DNA of 64,000 nt from Eukaryota sp. TZLM1-RC (lineage: Eukaryota > Protista > Metamonada: BaSk clade): assembly GCA_040285825.1 (NCBI GenBank), contig JAUPSS010000007.1, positions 706,501 through 770,500 of the forward strand, written 5' to 3'. Made by a program: the position numbers and the translations under genes. Positions 50,626-63,797 of this stretch are shown here, in pieces; positions within the stretch are counted from its first letter, which is position 1, and the number at the start of each line of letters is the position of its first letter. The notes beneath the pieces were generated by a model. The model made no database searches, was not told the origin of the DNA, and saw only the letters and a program-made list of their open reading frames with translations.

Positions 50626-52431
50626 GTTCCATATGTTACAGGAGGAGATTTCATTATTGATTGTACCAAAGCTTAAATAACGAAACGGTCAGCATCAGAA
50701 GAGGAACTGGAAACGATAGCATCATTGCTACGCCGTTTTCGAGTTTTGCAAGCCTCATTGAACTACCGATAGTTTAGAGACCTCAGCTGAGATTTTGGTG
50801 TTAATCGTTATAACACAGCAAATCATGTCAATTAATGCCTACTGCTGTAAAGTATTTTAAGAATTGTCAGCATGATGGTCTAGGAGTCTTTCAAAGTGAA
50901 TTGTTGGGGATCAATGATTTTAAAATTCAAAATTTTGAATTTGAGATATTTTTATTTGTGTAATTAAATATAATAAAATTCTGAAGTGATTGTAAAATTA
51001 TATTTTGACAAATTAGTAAATTGACAAGACCTGCAGTATAGATTGACAATCCTTCACAAAATTTGGAACAACAAATCCAGTTTAATATTAGTCATGCTTA
51101 GATGCTTAGTTGGAATTTTCTACACAAAAGGGGAAAATTATTGGCAAATATTAATTATTTCAAGGCTGAATAGAAAAGTATTGACTGATGTTGACTGGCT
51201 TCAATGGCTCATATCCATACGAATCATTGAATACAATGTTCTATCTTGGTTAGACTCTTCACCATTTTGTAATCATCAACACTGAATGGTAATGTGCATA
51301 CAGTCTTTCAAGTGATGTTCGGAACAACCATGTTGTTAGATACATGAACTGGTTGAAGAAAAAAGAAATCACAACAATGTCAATCGAAGCAAATTGAGCA
51401 GCTTTCAATTTCGTTATGTTGTATGATCTGATTCAAAAAATTTCGCCATGTTGTTGTATACAAAATTGATTTTTGTTCACTAAATTTCATCTAAATTGGC
51501 TGAATGTTTGAATAAACATAATTTTATAAATTTAAATGCTCATTATACTTTTCAGTTGGCAAATATAATAGGTCCTTCAAAGTTGTTGTAAATCTTTTAG
51601 TAAAGTACATCAAATTGATCCCCAAATGATTGTTCTGCAATTGGTGTGATCATCATAACCTTATGGTCGAAGTCGTAGTTTTATTTCAAGATTCATTCAG
51701 TTGCTGAATTACTGAATTAGTTTATTGTAATGATCTGTTAACTTTGTCGCAGCTTTTTCGTACAAAACAACCTAAAATGTATTTGCTTGACTTGTTTTCA
51801 TATTCAGATTCAGAACTAAGATGTAAAGGGTTAAACCAGTTATACATTATTAACTACAGATAAATGTGTGCATTAGTATTTTCCAATATTCAATGCCACG
51901 AGTGTGAACCATAATTATCAGCTTATTATTCATTTGTGAATGTCATGTGAGCATCAGCTTTGGGAACATTTGCACAATATACAATGAGCTTGGTTATTAT
52001 AAAGAATGAGTTTATTGTCACAAATACTTCAATGGCAGTGTTTTGAAGTTCAAAAAGAAGTTTTGTTTTCACGAAATTGTTTATTAATTGATTTTTTTCT
52101 AACCTCCAACTGGCTGGATCATGATGCGGTACAATTACATTGCAATATAATCTTATTGCTGATCATACCATGGCCAACCCAATAATTCGACCAAAATTAC
52201 CATACAAAAGGTGATTAATTTGTGTATTAAAAATTTCTAAAACGTTGTTAATCAGAATAATTATACTGATTCAAAATTGTGCCTTACAGTGAGTTTTGCA
52301 CTATTCTTCCAACGGAATCTGTTCTATTAGACCTTTTGCCATCCATGATTTCAACCAACAACATCTTTGACCCATTCAAGATTTCACTCTCGTTATATAT
52401 ATTTGAAGCGTATTTGTGTAATTGAATTGTG

Positions 52432-52566
52432 AAACTTACCATCTACATCGAAATACTGGCATGTAGCTCCCATTAGACTGTCCCAATGTCTCGGCCTTAG
52501 AGTACCAGATTTCAAATCGTGCATTAGGCGCATCGATTCTTTAAAATTATTAATAATCGTTGCAAC
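52432..52566 (-). pseudogene. Dynein heavy-chain fragment, right-arm copy
   Basis: VATIINNFKESMRLMHDLKSGTLRPRHWDSLMGATCQYFDVDGKF. Confidence 0.72.
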
Positions 52567-54386
52567 AGAACTTTAGGGTGAATAACCCTACAAATTTTAA
52601 AGGAAAATACTTATCTCTGGGTTCCGTCGTTGGACTCAAACCGAAGTGCACTTTATGAGAATTTTTCTTGTTTCAGCAACTTTAATGCCAGGTAGAGATC
52701 ATAATTATCCAAAATCAGTTTTTCATGGACTAAAAACTCTTTCAACATCAATATTATTTTATTGCTTGTTTATATTAAACATTTGAAAAATGAATACTGG
52801 CTCAAGGATAAAACTCAAAAGTCAACAACAAATCATGAGACAAATTCAAAAAACTGAATCATTGAGCAACTTTAAGGAAATCCTGTGAAACAACTTGAGA
52901 AATTCCTTATATTTTCGAATCTCAAGTCATATTTTAAGATATGGAAAACAATTCGAATGTGTCAATAATTTAGCATTAATTCCTTTCCTGCTCTTTCTTT
53001 TAACAATCATCTAGTATTTTCAACAAAGTTTACACTAGATACTTACATCGTTCCAAACAAGGAAACAGCAACCGGAACCAGCTATCATGTGACTTTCACA
53101 GCAGCACAAACAATGATGATACGTAACAGTGGTCTTGCTTCAACGATCACATATTTTTCTTTTAATTATACAGCAATAAAAGTTCCACTTGTTGCGTTTT
53201 GTTGCTTCTCTCTTTAAACAAATTTTTTACAATTAATAAACTCTGTAAGAACAAAAGGCTTGTTTTTAACTGTTTGAGACCAAATACGATTGAGAAAATG
53301 TTCCCTTTTTCCAACATTTAATTTGACCACATTGCAATACCCATCTTTAAGCTTAATTATAGTAGAAATTATAAACATTCACAAAATTTAATCAGTTTGT
53401 TCTACTTGGAAAAATTGATCAAAAAATATGGAATATTTTCAGTAAGAAGTTCTTCAAAATTACTTGTGAGATTCAATCACTTTTTAATTCAACTAAAAAG
53501 TGAGGTTAACACGAAGAGTTCACTCAATGAATTGTGGTTTTAATAGATCATTTAATGGTTTAATAGATTAATGAATTTTGTTTTGAATTTGGACCTTCAA
53601 AAAAGTATCATTAGAAAACAATTCAAAGTTTTGACAACTTTTCACTGCTGTGGTTGAAAATAGGTTGAATTAGCAAGGGGTGTAGATTTTACCAAGATAT
53701 AGTGAACATTGCCTGTGAAATCATTTTTTGGAACAAGGACTATACGAAAGTTCAGCAAATTGTTTTGTTTGGACAAAGAACCAATGGGAGTATTACTAGT
53801 AATCAAGCATCATTTTGGCAGTAAAATAAAATCCCAGTGTAATAAAACAAGTGATTTCAGCATGTGGGAACAATTATGTCGGCCGACCTAGGTTGTTGGT
53901 GCAAGTAGATGAGTTATTCTATATTCTTTTTGATTATTCTATATGCCAATTTGTAAAACTTTTCAAACCTAAAGAAATCTATAACATGGAACAAGAAACT
54001 CTGAAAATGTTAATGCTGGTGCCCAACGATAAATGAGCTGTGGTTGACAAGAGCCATATTGGAAAAGACATGAATCATTATGACAAGTGATTAAGAGAGC
54101 CAAATGTACACACGAATATAAAGACAGTAGGATGTTAATATTAAAGTGGATGCTCAGTCGTGTTCATGTAGGTCAGCATTCATCACAAAGGAAGCTTATA
54201 CCAAATAAACATATGGCAGAAATCATGTAGAACGCATATTGCCACAAAAACTACAGAAGTAGATGACATACATGATCTTTTACTCTATTTGAGGACGTCA
54301 ACCAGACCATTGTGTATTATTTAAGCTGAAATTAACTCAAATTAACTTTGGATGAAATAATTCGAAATATTGATCACCCATAGCCA

Positions 54387-54698
54387 ATGACCCTTTCACT
54401 ATCAATACCTCAACAAGAATCTTACGTCACGAATAAACGAAAGCGTTACGTGACCTTCTCCAAGCGTCGGAAAACACTTGTCAGCCAGGCACATCAAATG
54501 GCTCATGAGGAAAACAATGAGGTTCTCTTGGTAACAATAACTGAAGCTGGTAATATTGCAATTTATGCCTCATCACGCCTGAAGGAAGTGGCAAACTCAC
54601 AGAGTTTTCTTGATCTGATGCAACAAAGTCTTCAGCTTCCCTTTGCTGATGTCAGTATCATTCCCTTGGAAGATCGTACGTCAGCACAGGATCTTTGA
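54387..54698 (+). CDS. Small SRF-like MADS-box transcription factor, 103 aa
   Basis: Mirror of 23198-23509 with 1 amino-acid difference. Confidence 0.85.
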   Translation: MTLSLSIPQQESYVTNKRKRYVTFSKRRKTLVSQAHQMAHEENNEVLLVTITEAGNIAIYASSRLKEVANSQSFLDLMQQSLQLPFADVSIIPLEDRTSAQDL

Positions 54699-55988
54699 TG
54701 TTTTCTACAACTTGGCTTTCGATTTAACCAATGGATACGGCAACAGCCCTGTAACCACAGCAAGCGTGAAGGACTGTTGGACTGTTGCGCATAAGCTACA
54801 ACATAAGCTAACATCCCACTGTATATTATGGAATCATTTTGGTAAAATCATTTGAACATTGGTTTGGAAACATGTTACTGACATCGAACTGAGTTTTGAA
54901 ACGAAATTGTATCATTCAAATCACTGGCCAGTAGTTTTTGAATAATAAATAGATCTACAAACGTACCTTGAATTGCAGAGATCAGACAAAATTTAGGTTT
55001 GCACCGTAGATCATTTGATAATGCAGAGGATGATGAAAAACCTGCCACTAAAAATGATTTAAAACATCAGTTATTGCTTTAAATACAAAATTGGAACTAA
55101 TCAATTACCAAACTACAAATATCTTTCATGTCAACCCATTGTGCTGGGAAAGAAAAATTCATATAATTAAAACTGGTTTCAGGTCAATACCGATTAGTTT
55201 TCTTCAACATCTTTGAAATAAATAAGCAATTTTTCTTGTATTTGGACAATAACTCTACGAATCAAAATTTTATTACAAAGATCTATTATGGTACTTGGAT
55301 TGATTTGTTATTTGTCTTGAAACACAGAGAGATAAGGTTTGTAGATAATGGAACAAACAAGGAGATACTACAGGAAGTAACTGTTGGAAGGTAAACATTT
55401 CAAAATGATACGATCGTTAAAATAATAGTTGAATAACGAATCAAGTGGTGAGGAGCATGTCACCTGACAAAGAACACTGAATAACTTCTCTGACATCATA
55501 TTGGAAAACAATGGTGATTGAGAGCACAAGTTGGTGTCCAGCAATCTTCAAACTCAAAATCCGTGAGAAATGACAAAATTGTTCGTGTAGTGATTAATCG
55601 AATGTGTCAGTCCCAATTAAGTCCTCCCCTTTGTGAATTGCAGAAGATTTGTGGCAGATCACAGATCCTTCGGAGGTGATCAAGGGAGCCAATGGTGTAC
55701 GCCATTGTGCGTTGATAGAGAACACTCTCAAGATAGTGTGTCAGTGTAGTCGATGTACCCTGACCCCTGATGTACATCCCCGTACTTATTGTAAGTTGGT
55801 GGATGTAATGATTGTGGAAGATGTGATGAACAGAAATGATGAGGCTAGAACACAGCAAAGGTGATACGTGGCTGTAGCTACTGATGCAAAAACGCCTAGT
55901 ACACCCTGTCTCCAAAAACAAGGTGAGATTGGGACTTTTTGAATTAACTTTGGATGAAATAATTCGAAATATTGATGACCCATACCCA

Positions 55989-56300
55989 ATGACCCTTTCA
56001 CTATCAATACCTCAGCAAGACTCTTACGTCACAGATAAACGAAAGCGTTACGTTACCTTCTCCAAGCGTCGGAAAACACTTGTGAGCCAGGCACATCAAA
56101 TGGCTCTTGAGGACAACAATGAGGTTCTCTTGGTAACAATAACTGAAGCTGGTAATATTGCAATTTATGCCTCATCACGGCTTAAGGAAGTGGCAAACTC
56201 ACAGAGTTTTCTTGATCTGATGCAACAAAGTCTTCAACTTTCCTCTGCTGATGCCAGTATCATCCGTTTGGAAGATCCAACGTCACCAAAGGATCCTTGA
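55989..56300 (+). CDS. Small SRF-like MADS-box transcription factor, tandem paralog, 103 aa
   Basis: Same MADS+SAM sequence. The start was chosen by homology; the frame is open back to an ATG at 55884. Confidence 0.82.
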   Translation: MTLSLSIPQQDSYVTDKRKRYVTFSKRRKTLVSQAHQMALEDNNEVLLVTITEAGNIAIYASSRLKEVANSQSFLDLMQQSLQLSSADASIIRLEDPTSPKDP

Positions 56301-57443
56301 TGTTTTCTACAACTTGGCTTTCGATTTAACCAATGGTTACGGCAACAGCCCTTAAGTCTGCAACGAGGACAAAGATAGATTGTGGACCCCTTGACATGGC
56401 CTACATCTTGTACATTTCTACTTTGCATTACCTTAATTACAACTTTGTTGAGATACAAAGATATAAAAGGAGATACAGCACTAAGTGGCCTTTTCTTGTC
56501 TCTCAGTTTGTTAACAATCTTTGTGTCGGCCGAGCTAATTGATTCATCATTTCTAGCATTGTGAGGAAACTGCCTCAACACTTGCTATCACGTGTTTAGT
56601 CGTGACTACATAAAAATTGACTTTTTTTGATGAAACATGATTTAAGAATAGTTCTTTGAGCTCTCTTCATCACTACGTTAATCGCTCTCTTGCTTTCTTG
56701 ATCACTACATCAATCTGTGGAAGTAAATGAGAGAGAGCCATTGTGGTGATGGTTTTTGTATTTTTCACAATTTGGATGAGTTGCGTCTTTATTAACACGT
56801 GTTAACATGAATCAAAGTTGCTTGAGATCATGTGATTCCTCACTATTTAAGTTTATTATATCTTAATTTATGTCTTAATTCAATTGGTTGCAACCCATTT
56901 GAATGAATACTTATGTTTATTGGCCAAAATAGTTTTAAATCAAAATCTTGCATCTTAGTGTGTAGTTTATTATTTTATTTCATAAACAAATGTTATTTTC
57001 ATTTAAATTCAAAAGGTTGTCAGTCTCATCAAAGTGATTTCAATTTCAGCTTTTCCACAGTTGGTTTATTGCGGACTGTTGGCTACATTTCTATAAAACA
57101 ACTAGTTTACAAGTTGAAAAAATAAATAAAATAAATAAAATCAATAAAAAATATGCCTGACTCATTTTAATTCCGTTTTGTGATAAACATCTTAAGAGGG
57201 TTGGAATGTTCGTTACATGATCATAGTGGTTCTAAGAATAAACTTGAAGCAAAGATACATTGTTCAACACAATCAGTTTGCATTAGAATTAAACCGCTTG
57301 TAAATTGTAAAATTGTGAAACAATCATGGGAACAAATCACCGTGGAAGCCATTGGCTCAGCGATTCAAAACAGTTAAAGAAATGAAGTCAAATAATAATT
57401 TATAATATAATAATTATTTAATATTAAATATTCATCAAATCAA

Positions 57444-59111
57444 TTAATCTAACAAATTTAAATACTGCTCGGCCCTCGACATTAAATAACTAATCCTACT
57501 TTTCGAGGCCTTTTCCGACTCCGAAAGCTTTAATGATTCATTCCATTCAAGAAAAAACGTTTTCAGTTCAATATTTGTAAATAATACCCTAAATTTTTGT
57601 TCCATTTCAGATTCAAGTATAAGTCTATTTTTAAAACATTGTCGAAAAGAAGATTTCCAAAGCTCAAAATTATGACGTTTCCATATAAGAATCATTAAAT
57701 CATGACCTTTTGATCTTGACCTTTGAAGACTTTTGCAGTATTGAGACACACAACCTAAAAATTTTGATTGTAAATATTTCGAGTAAAACAAATCAGCTCT
57801 TTCAAATTTTCGATTAATTATATAATTATGACGGTCTTTCCAAAAATAGAAACAGTTGGAAACTTCAATCCTATGAAAGATTCCATCAAAATGATTGGTA
57901 ATTTGGTTGACTACACTAATGTTCTTCCGAAAGACTGATACAACCTTCAAAAATCTGAGTTTTTTATGCAACAATTGTGCCAAAAACAAATTCATATGAT
58001 TAATTTCCGACTGTCGATGACGTTCCAAGGTCAAGAGTCTTGCCTTTTCTTTCTTAATTTTGACCTCCTCACGTTTTCTTCTAACAATTTCCAATTTTAA
58101 ACTAAGATCGTCATTGATTTTCATTAAATTCATTTCTTTTTCTATTAATTTACGATTTAAATATCTTTTTTGTAATAAATCTCGCTGTTTCTTTCTAGTG
58201 TTATGTCGCTCATCAATATTATTTACAACATTACATGCAGTCAAAGACTTTCTTGATGGTGACGTCACCGATGACGTGACGGGCTCAGAATTCTCTTGAC
58301 TATTTTGAGCTTCTTCTTGGCTTGTATTGACTTGTTTGGTTCTTAATTTAGTCAAAAATCCCTTTCTTTTAATTTCAAATGCTGTGAATTCATTTTCAAT
58401 TTGCTTAGTGCGCTTTAATTGTTCCAAATTAATCCTCCACTGACAAAAATTTTGCATTTTCAAATTTTGAATGTAATATTTATGAGCCTGATCTTCTTTA
58501 GCCAATCTGAGATTATTTAAGGACTTATCCCAAATATTGAAATATTGATGATAGAGTGATCTCTTTCTGAAAATTTGACAAGATGAATTTAAAAACCATG
58601 AAAAAAAGATGAAAATTTGTCTTTTTGAAACAACTTCAGTTTCCAGTTGGTTCAAAACACAATGAAATTCGCTGGAAATCTCAGGAATTGTGACATCATG
58701 TTTGTTGGCTTCTTGTGCTTTCTGAGGATTTCTATTGCCTTGTTTGTTAATTTGACCCTCCTTTTTGACCTTCCTGACTCTATTTGACTTATCCTTAAAG
58801 TTAGGATTAGGGTTAGGGTTGAGACAGGCTTCTATTACCTTCTTTTTTCGTGAATGAAGATTACGAATTTCACGAGCTTTCTGTATGACAATATCGTCTT
58901 CCTTTTTACCAGTTAAGAGTGTTGAATCTGGAACTTGTCTGACATTACGACGGGGGTACTGAGGTGGGGGTGGTGGGGGTGCTTTGGGGACAGCCAGAGA
59001 CTCAGTGGAAGAGAAGAGGTGAGATGGTACATTGAGATCAGAGATCCACTGCTCAACGAGATTTTTTGTCTCATTGCAGACAGTACTATGCGTGTAGTTG
59101 TAGAGACTCAT
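57444..59111 (-). CDS. Coiled-coil protein with SFI1-like repeats (SFI1/CCDC191-like)
   Basis: 555-aa ORF with repeated A-x7-L-x4-F-x2-W-like motifs (AHKYYIQNLKMQNFCQWR, NCFYFWK, HNFELWK, TFFLEWN) around a charged coiled coil. Confidence 0.65.
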   Translation of the reverse strand: MSLYNYTHSTVCNETKNLVEQWISDLNVPSHLFSSTESLAVPKAPPPPPPQYPRRNVRQVPDSTLLTGKKEDDIVIQKAREIRNLHSRKKKVIEACLNPNPNPNFKDKSNRVRKVKKEGQINKQGNRNPQKAQEANKHDVTIPEISSEFHCVLNQLETEVVSKRQIFIFFSWFLNSSCQIFRKRSLYHQYFNIWDKSLNNLRLAKEDQAHKYYIQNLKMQNFCQWRINLEQLKRTKQIENEFTAFEIKRKGFLTKLRTKQVNTSQEEAQNSQENSEPVTSSVTSPSRKSLTACNVVNNIDERHNTRKKQRDLLQKRYLNRKLIEKEMNLMKINDDLSLKLEIVRRKREEVKIKKEKARLLTLERHRQSEINHMNLFLAQLLHKKLRFLKVVSVFRKNISVVNQITNHFDGIFHRIEVSNCFYFWKDRHNYIINRKFERADLFYSKYLQSKFLGCVSQYCKSLQRSRSKGHDLMILIWKRHNFELWKSSFRQCFKNRLILESEMEQKFRVLFTNIELKTFFLEWNESLKLSESEKASKSRISYLMSRAEQYLNLLD

Positions 59112-61697
59112 TTTTATGGATATTGTCTATAACAATGGAATAAGGGTTGTGTTTGTTGAAATTCCAGATGTTGAGATGATTTGAAAGACCCCACCCAACC
59201 TTCTTTTTTGAACCTTTATCTACGTCGGCTCTTTGTAGGTATACCGTTCTATCTCCACCATTTACATGAGCTTCCATCACTGCCAACATAATCTGTGAGG
59301 CATTTCGATCTCTATTTCACAAACTTTCGCATAATTTTCGCATGGTCAACCAGGGACGAATAGACATCTCATGCGTTTTTATGATCTAGGGATACTGGAC
59401 TATCGGGATGAGTCCACAGTTTCATCAGATTTCTCACATTTGAAAAAACAACTGGGTTGAACCTCATCAATTAAAAAAGTCCTTACGACCAGCCTTTTTG
59501 AAACAATCTCAGAGCTCTTCCTTTCATAGGTTCTTTGATTTTCATGTTCTTTGATTTTCATTTGATTTTCGCTATTCCCAGTCTCCGATCTCGATAACTA
59601 CTTGGCTGGGATCACCAATTACTGATTTGAATCTTTGAATCATCTTCGTTGAAGATCCTATGCGATTGATTTCAGTCCACATTCTCAGTTTTCAATATTT
59701 TTTGATGATAGACTTCACCTGCTGCTTATATAATTGAGATTTAATATTTGAGATTTACATAATTGTTTTAATATTGTAATTAAATTGTTTTGTTTAATAT
59801 ACTTCATACATCTATCAACTCGATTTCTTCCACAAGCCATTTGCTATTTGTTTATCAATTGGCCAAAGCATTACCACACTTTTAAACTTTAGTTGTAATT
59901 GTTTGTTGAACAATGACAAATATGACATGGAGCTGATTGGGGTATATTCAAGCAACAAAACGTCAAACCACCTTTATATGGACCAGTGGTGATCATGACT
60001 AGCATTCTGAGACATTCTTCACGCCCTTTTTGGTGACAAAATTCAAGTTTGCAATGAATACTTTTAAACCATGATGACTTTTTTGAAGAACACGTGGATT
60101 GTAATCAAATGCAGTTGTTTTTTCTGCTTCCAGAAAGCATGTTACCTTAGGTTATGATATGTGTTGTGCACAGGGGTAAGATAAATAGAATATTATTTGA
60201 TGCTATTCTAAATAAAGGTCCTCGCTAATAAGATACATACACGTCCTTTGTACACGTCACTTTGTGTATGTTTACTTTTTCTGCAAAAATTACCTCTCCA
60301 GTCAAAATATTTGACAACATTATGTCCATTGGGTTTGCCAGAACAAATTACAAGCCATTCTAGTGCAGCCAGCAAGGACAGTTCTTTTAGAACATTGAAT
60401 CTATGTTGCATTCGAATAATTACATTAGAATAATGGGAAAGCAGAAAATCAAAATTATTGATTTCAAAAAATTCACTGCATGCTGACTGACTGTAACTGG
60501 ATGATTATTTGTAGAATCCGTAAATTACTTGAAGCACTGCCCCAAAAATGTTACCACAGGAAACAATGAACAGTCTCCTTATGTTTCAATTATATACACA
60601 AATTCAACTCGGAATACATCAACAGATTACCACTGATTTTCAATTGTAGCTTTTCCGAAAAGCCACAGTGTGGATGCAAACAGACCAATCTCTTTTCGTG
60701 GATAAAATTTTGGTTCACTCTTTTGTACATAATTTACCCTACAATTGCTTTGACAATTACTCAAGTAATAAAATGCATTAAAAAAGGGTTTCGTTGATGA
60801 ACATTGATGACATTAAAGATAACAATTACCCAAATTATTTCTACACTTCAATTCTGTTAAATTATTGTGCACTGTTAGAGAAGTTCGTTTTAACATACAT
60901 AACAAGCCACAATGAAGACACACTTTCGCTTACACTTGTTATTCGTGAGTACACGATCATCAAACCCAACAAGCCTTGGTGATATGTTTTGCTGAGTGGT
61001 TTCCTTATTTAAACAACGGTGTCTCCTATCATTCCACAGGAGTGTCTGTGGGTAAGAAATTGAGCTTCCATCATCGCTCTGATACTCTATATTCTTGAAG
61101 TTTATTAGAAGACCTGCCCTCTTTGTTGATCGTTCAACTCTGTGTTGACGTTGGGTGTTGTTCTGGTATGTGTTGTGTTCACTGCTACACTATGTTTCCG
61201 TCCATATTGGGATGTTTCGCTGCACAATCCTCATTTTCGTCAGTAACATCTGTATGGATCAACAGCTTTCAGCTTTGACATGATCAAATTGACACGTCTT
61301 TGGAACTATCCAAATGTCGATTTCCTGAAACGTATATCAGCACAATCATTGAAGACTGGTTCTTTGACGTGTTCTTGGTGAAACAACATGAGCAATCATT
61401 GCTTTGCAAATCATTTGAAATCATTTGAGTTCCAAATTGGTAAACGCCATTATCTGATGTGTCAATGATTTAATAATGTGCGAACTCAGATTCGACTGTT
61501 GTTTTTGAGATGTTTCGAATGTGTATTTGAGCATACAATGTGTTGTGTTAGCGGAATTCTTTGTTTACTTAATGGAAAGATATTAAGGCTTTGCTATTCC
61601 TTGTAACTTTTTATTGCAATAGCTTTTTATTTATCAATTACCGAATAAAAAGTCATTAAATACACAACTAAAGCTCCACATCCTCAAAACCTACCTC

Positions 61698-61895
61698 TCA
61701 TACATCGAAACAGTTAATCACTAAAGATTCAGAAAATTTACCAAAAGAAGAAAGTGAATCAGAAATTAATTTCACCATTCCCTTATAAATAGAAACTACA
61801 ATCTTATCTTTATAGTAAACACGATTAAAAATTCTTCCAGTCCTTTCCTTTACAACTACATTGAAATCCTCGAGGAAGGCGAAAGCAGCCTTACC
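61698..61895 (-). mobile_element. 3' fragment of an RLE-type non-LTR element
   Basis: Manual translation GKAAFAFLEDFNVVVKERTGRIFNRVYYKDKIVVSIYKGMVKLISDSL resembles the C-termini at 31302-31577 and 10007-10375. Confidence 0.6.
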
Positions 61896-62736
61896 CTATA
61901 GTATTCCTTATAACAGTATCATCTTATAAGCTTTTCAACAAACTTCGATAATTGTTCAAAATATTTAAGACACCCTTACCTCCCAATTGCTCAATTATTG
62001 AATTTTTAACAAATTTTTTCCACGCTTGCAACATGATAGATTTTTTCAACAGTCCTCATAATTGAGAACATTCTTTTCACTGAAAATCGCTGCTATGATG
62101 ACTGAATTTCTGACAACCTCTGCATACCTTGTTATTCGTGAGTACACGAAACATCAAACCCAACAAGGGAGGCTGATAACGGATCACCTGAGCAGTTCGA
62201 TTCTACCTTATTTCAATAACTGTCTTCATTTTGACTGTCGCAAGGATATCAAAACTATCTACTTTGATGGTCTAGAATCAATGCAATTGGTCTCATGGTA
62301 CTTCCATAGCATTGGGATTGTAGTAGCTCAACTTCTGAATAAAATATCTATTGTGTCTTTGTTGGTGTCTTCACCACCCAGTGTTAGGTTTGATGTTGAA
62401 ACCGAGCCACCAACACATATAATGATTTTGCTTTGTCATGTTTTCCCTAATCTGCATATCCGAGAGTCTCACAACAACCCCTGTAATAATAGTTACACAA
62501 TCTCTTCCAAAAGTACTTTTGCTATTGCTTTCGGGAACAAAGCTGCTGTTCTATGATGTTTCCCCTTTCCAGTGGAAACTACTATTTCACCCAATCTGAA
62601 CATGTCGGTTTGAATTAATTTGTAGATTTCAAGACAAACTTCAATGTAAGATGCGACGTAGGTGGTGTTGACTTCTTAGTGCGAAGAAACAAAAACAGAT
62701 CGAACTATACATATATATACAACACTAAAACTCCAA

Positions 62737-62922
62737 CTATAAATCTTCGAACACAAGAGAATCATTGGTAGGGTTATTGGAGGAAGGGAATAGGTTCAAA
62801 ACTAGATGATCAGAAACATTGACATTGGTGGTCCTTCGTTTCGCCTTTGGGGCACCCGGAGGTTCTGTTAGCTGCAAGGGAACATGTGGAGGTGTAGTAT
62901 ATGAGTCAGTATCAGCAGCCAT
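62737..62922 (-). CDS. Small hypothetical protein (~61 aa)
   Basis: ATG-initiated, GC-richer island encoding YTTPP...EPPGAPKAKRR...LNLF. Confidence 0.35.
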   Translation of the reverse strand: MAADTDSYTTPPHVPLQLTEPPGAPKAKRRTTNVNVSDHLVLNLFPSSNNPTNDSLVFEDL

Positions 62923-63117
62923 TTGCCGGAAAACGAAATTAATCATTTTTCTATCTACACAATTAAATTAGCTTGGCTAACAACTCCAATGATTCCTCTT
63001 TGAAATTAATTTTGTCTTCTTTGTGTAATTTAAATTTTTTCCAAAACAGTTCATCTTGCTTCTCACTCAACTCAAGTTTCTCACCGTTTTGGATCACTGC
63101 TTTCGGATATCCAATTT

Positions 63118-63797
63118 TTGACAGTTATGCGAATCAGATTTAATCTTCCTCCTCCCCAATGCTTATCAGGTATGAAACGCAAATGTGGTGCTTATGCTTC
63201 TTTTGATCAAGTTATTTCCTACTGAAAATTCACTCAAAAAAGATCAATTATCCACGGTGCTGTTCGTAATTGTATTTACGATTTGCTAACATGTGCTCAT
63301 TACCCAGACCATTCAGAACCACTGTTTGATGAATTAAATTTCAGTTTGAGCCAAAACCGAGGTGACCTTCAATGTGCTTGGTATGATGGAACTGAACTAA
63401 TAATCGATTGTACCACCATATCTTCGTGGAAAAGGAGTTCTAATTCTGACATTCAACATTTACTTAAAGTTGCAGAACATTCCAAGAAATCAAAATACGC
63501 AGTTCTTCTTCAACGTCTCAATCGAGCAAGAGGTAGAAACATCAGATTTGTTCCAATTGCTATATCAATTTTTGGTACTATTGGAAGTGAAGGTCTTCTT
63601 TTTTATATGATTTAGGGAAACTTCTCAAAAAATGTGGTCGCACATTTGATTTTCTTACATGGAAGAACAGAATTGTATTTTCGTTATTTAAAGCTCTTCC
63701 TCGGTATATTAACTCCATTTTGAATAACATTATGGAGTTTTATAACAATCGAATTGCTATACAAGTGAATAGCGAAAATCTCCCGTCATTTAGTTGA
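63118..63797 (+). mobile_element. Degenerate RLE-type non-LTR remnant
   Basis: MRIRFNLP, KCG, IHGAVRN, EP, RGDLQC, IIDCT, KKSKY, FVPIAISIFG and WKNRIVF, with a stop and a frameshift. Homolog of 10007-10618. Confidence 0.82.

Larger units (their letters stand above)
32678..56546. repeat. Right arm of the inverted duplication, expanded by the TRIM array
   Basis: Mirror of 21381-30006; the extra ~15 kb is the amplified TRIM. Confidence 0.96.

Noticed and set aside
59086-62556. Short ORFs at 59086-59289, 60208-60433, 60794-60982 and 62062-62556 as genes
   Set aside because: No recognisable domains and mostly non-ATG starts; they cannot be supported from sequence alone.
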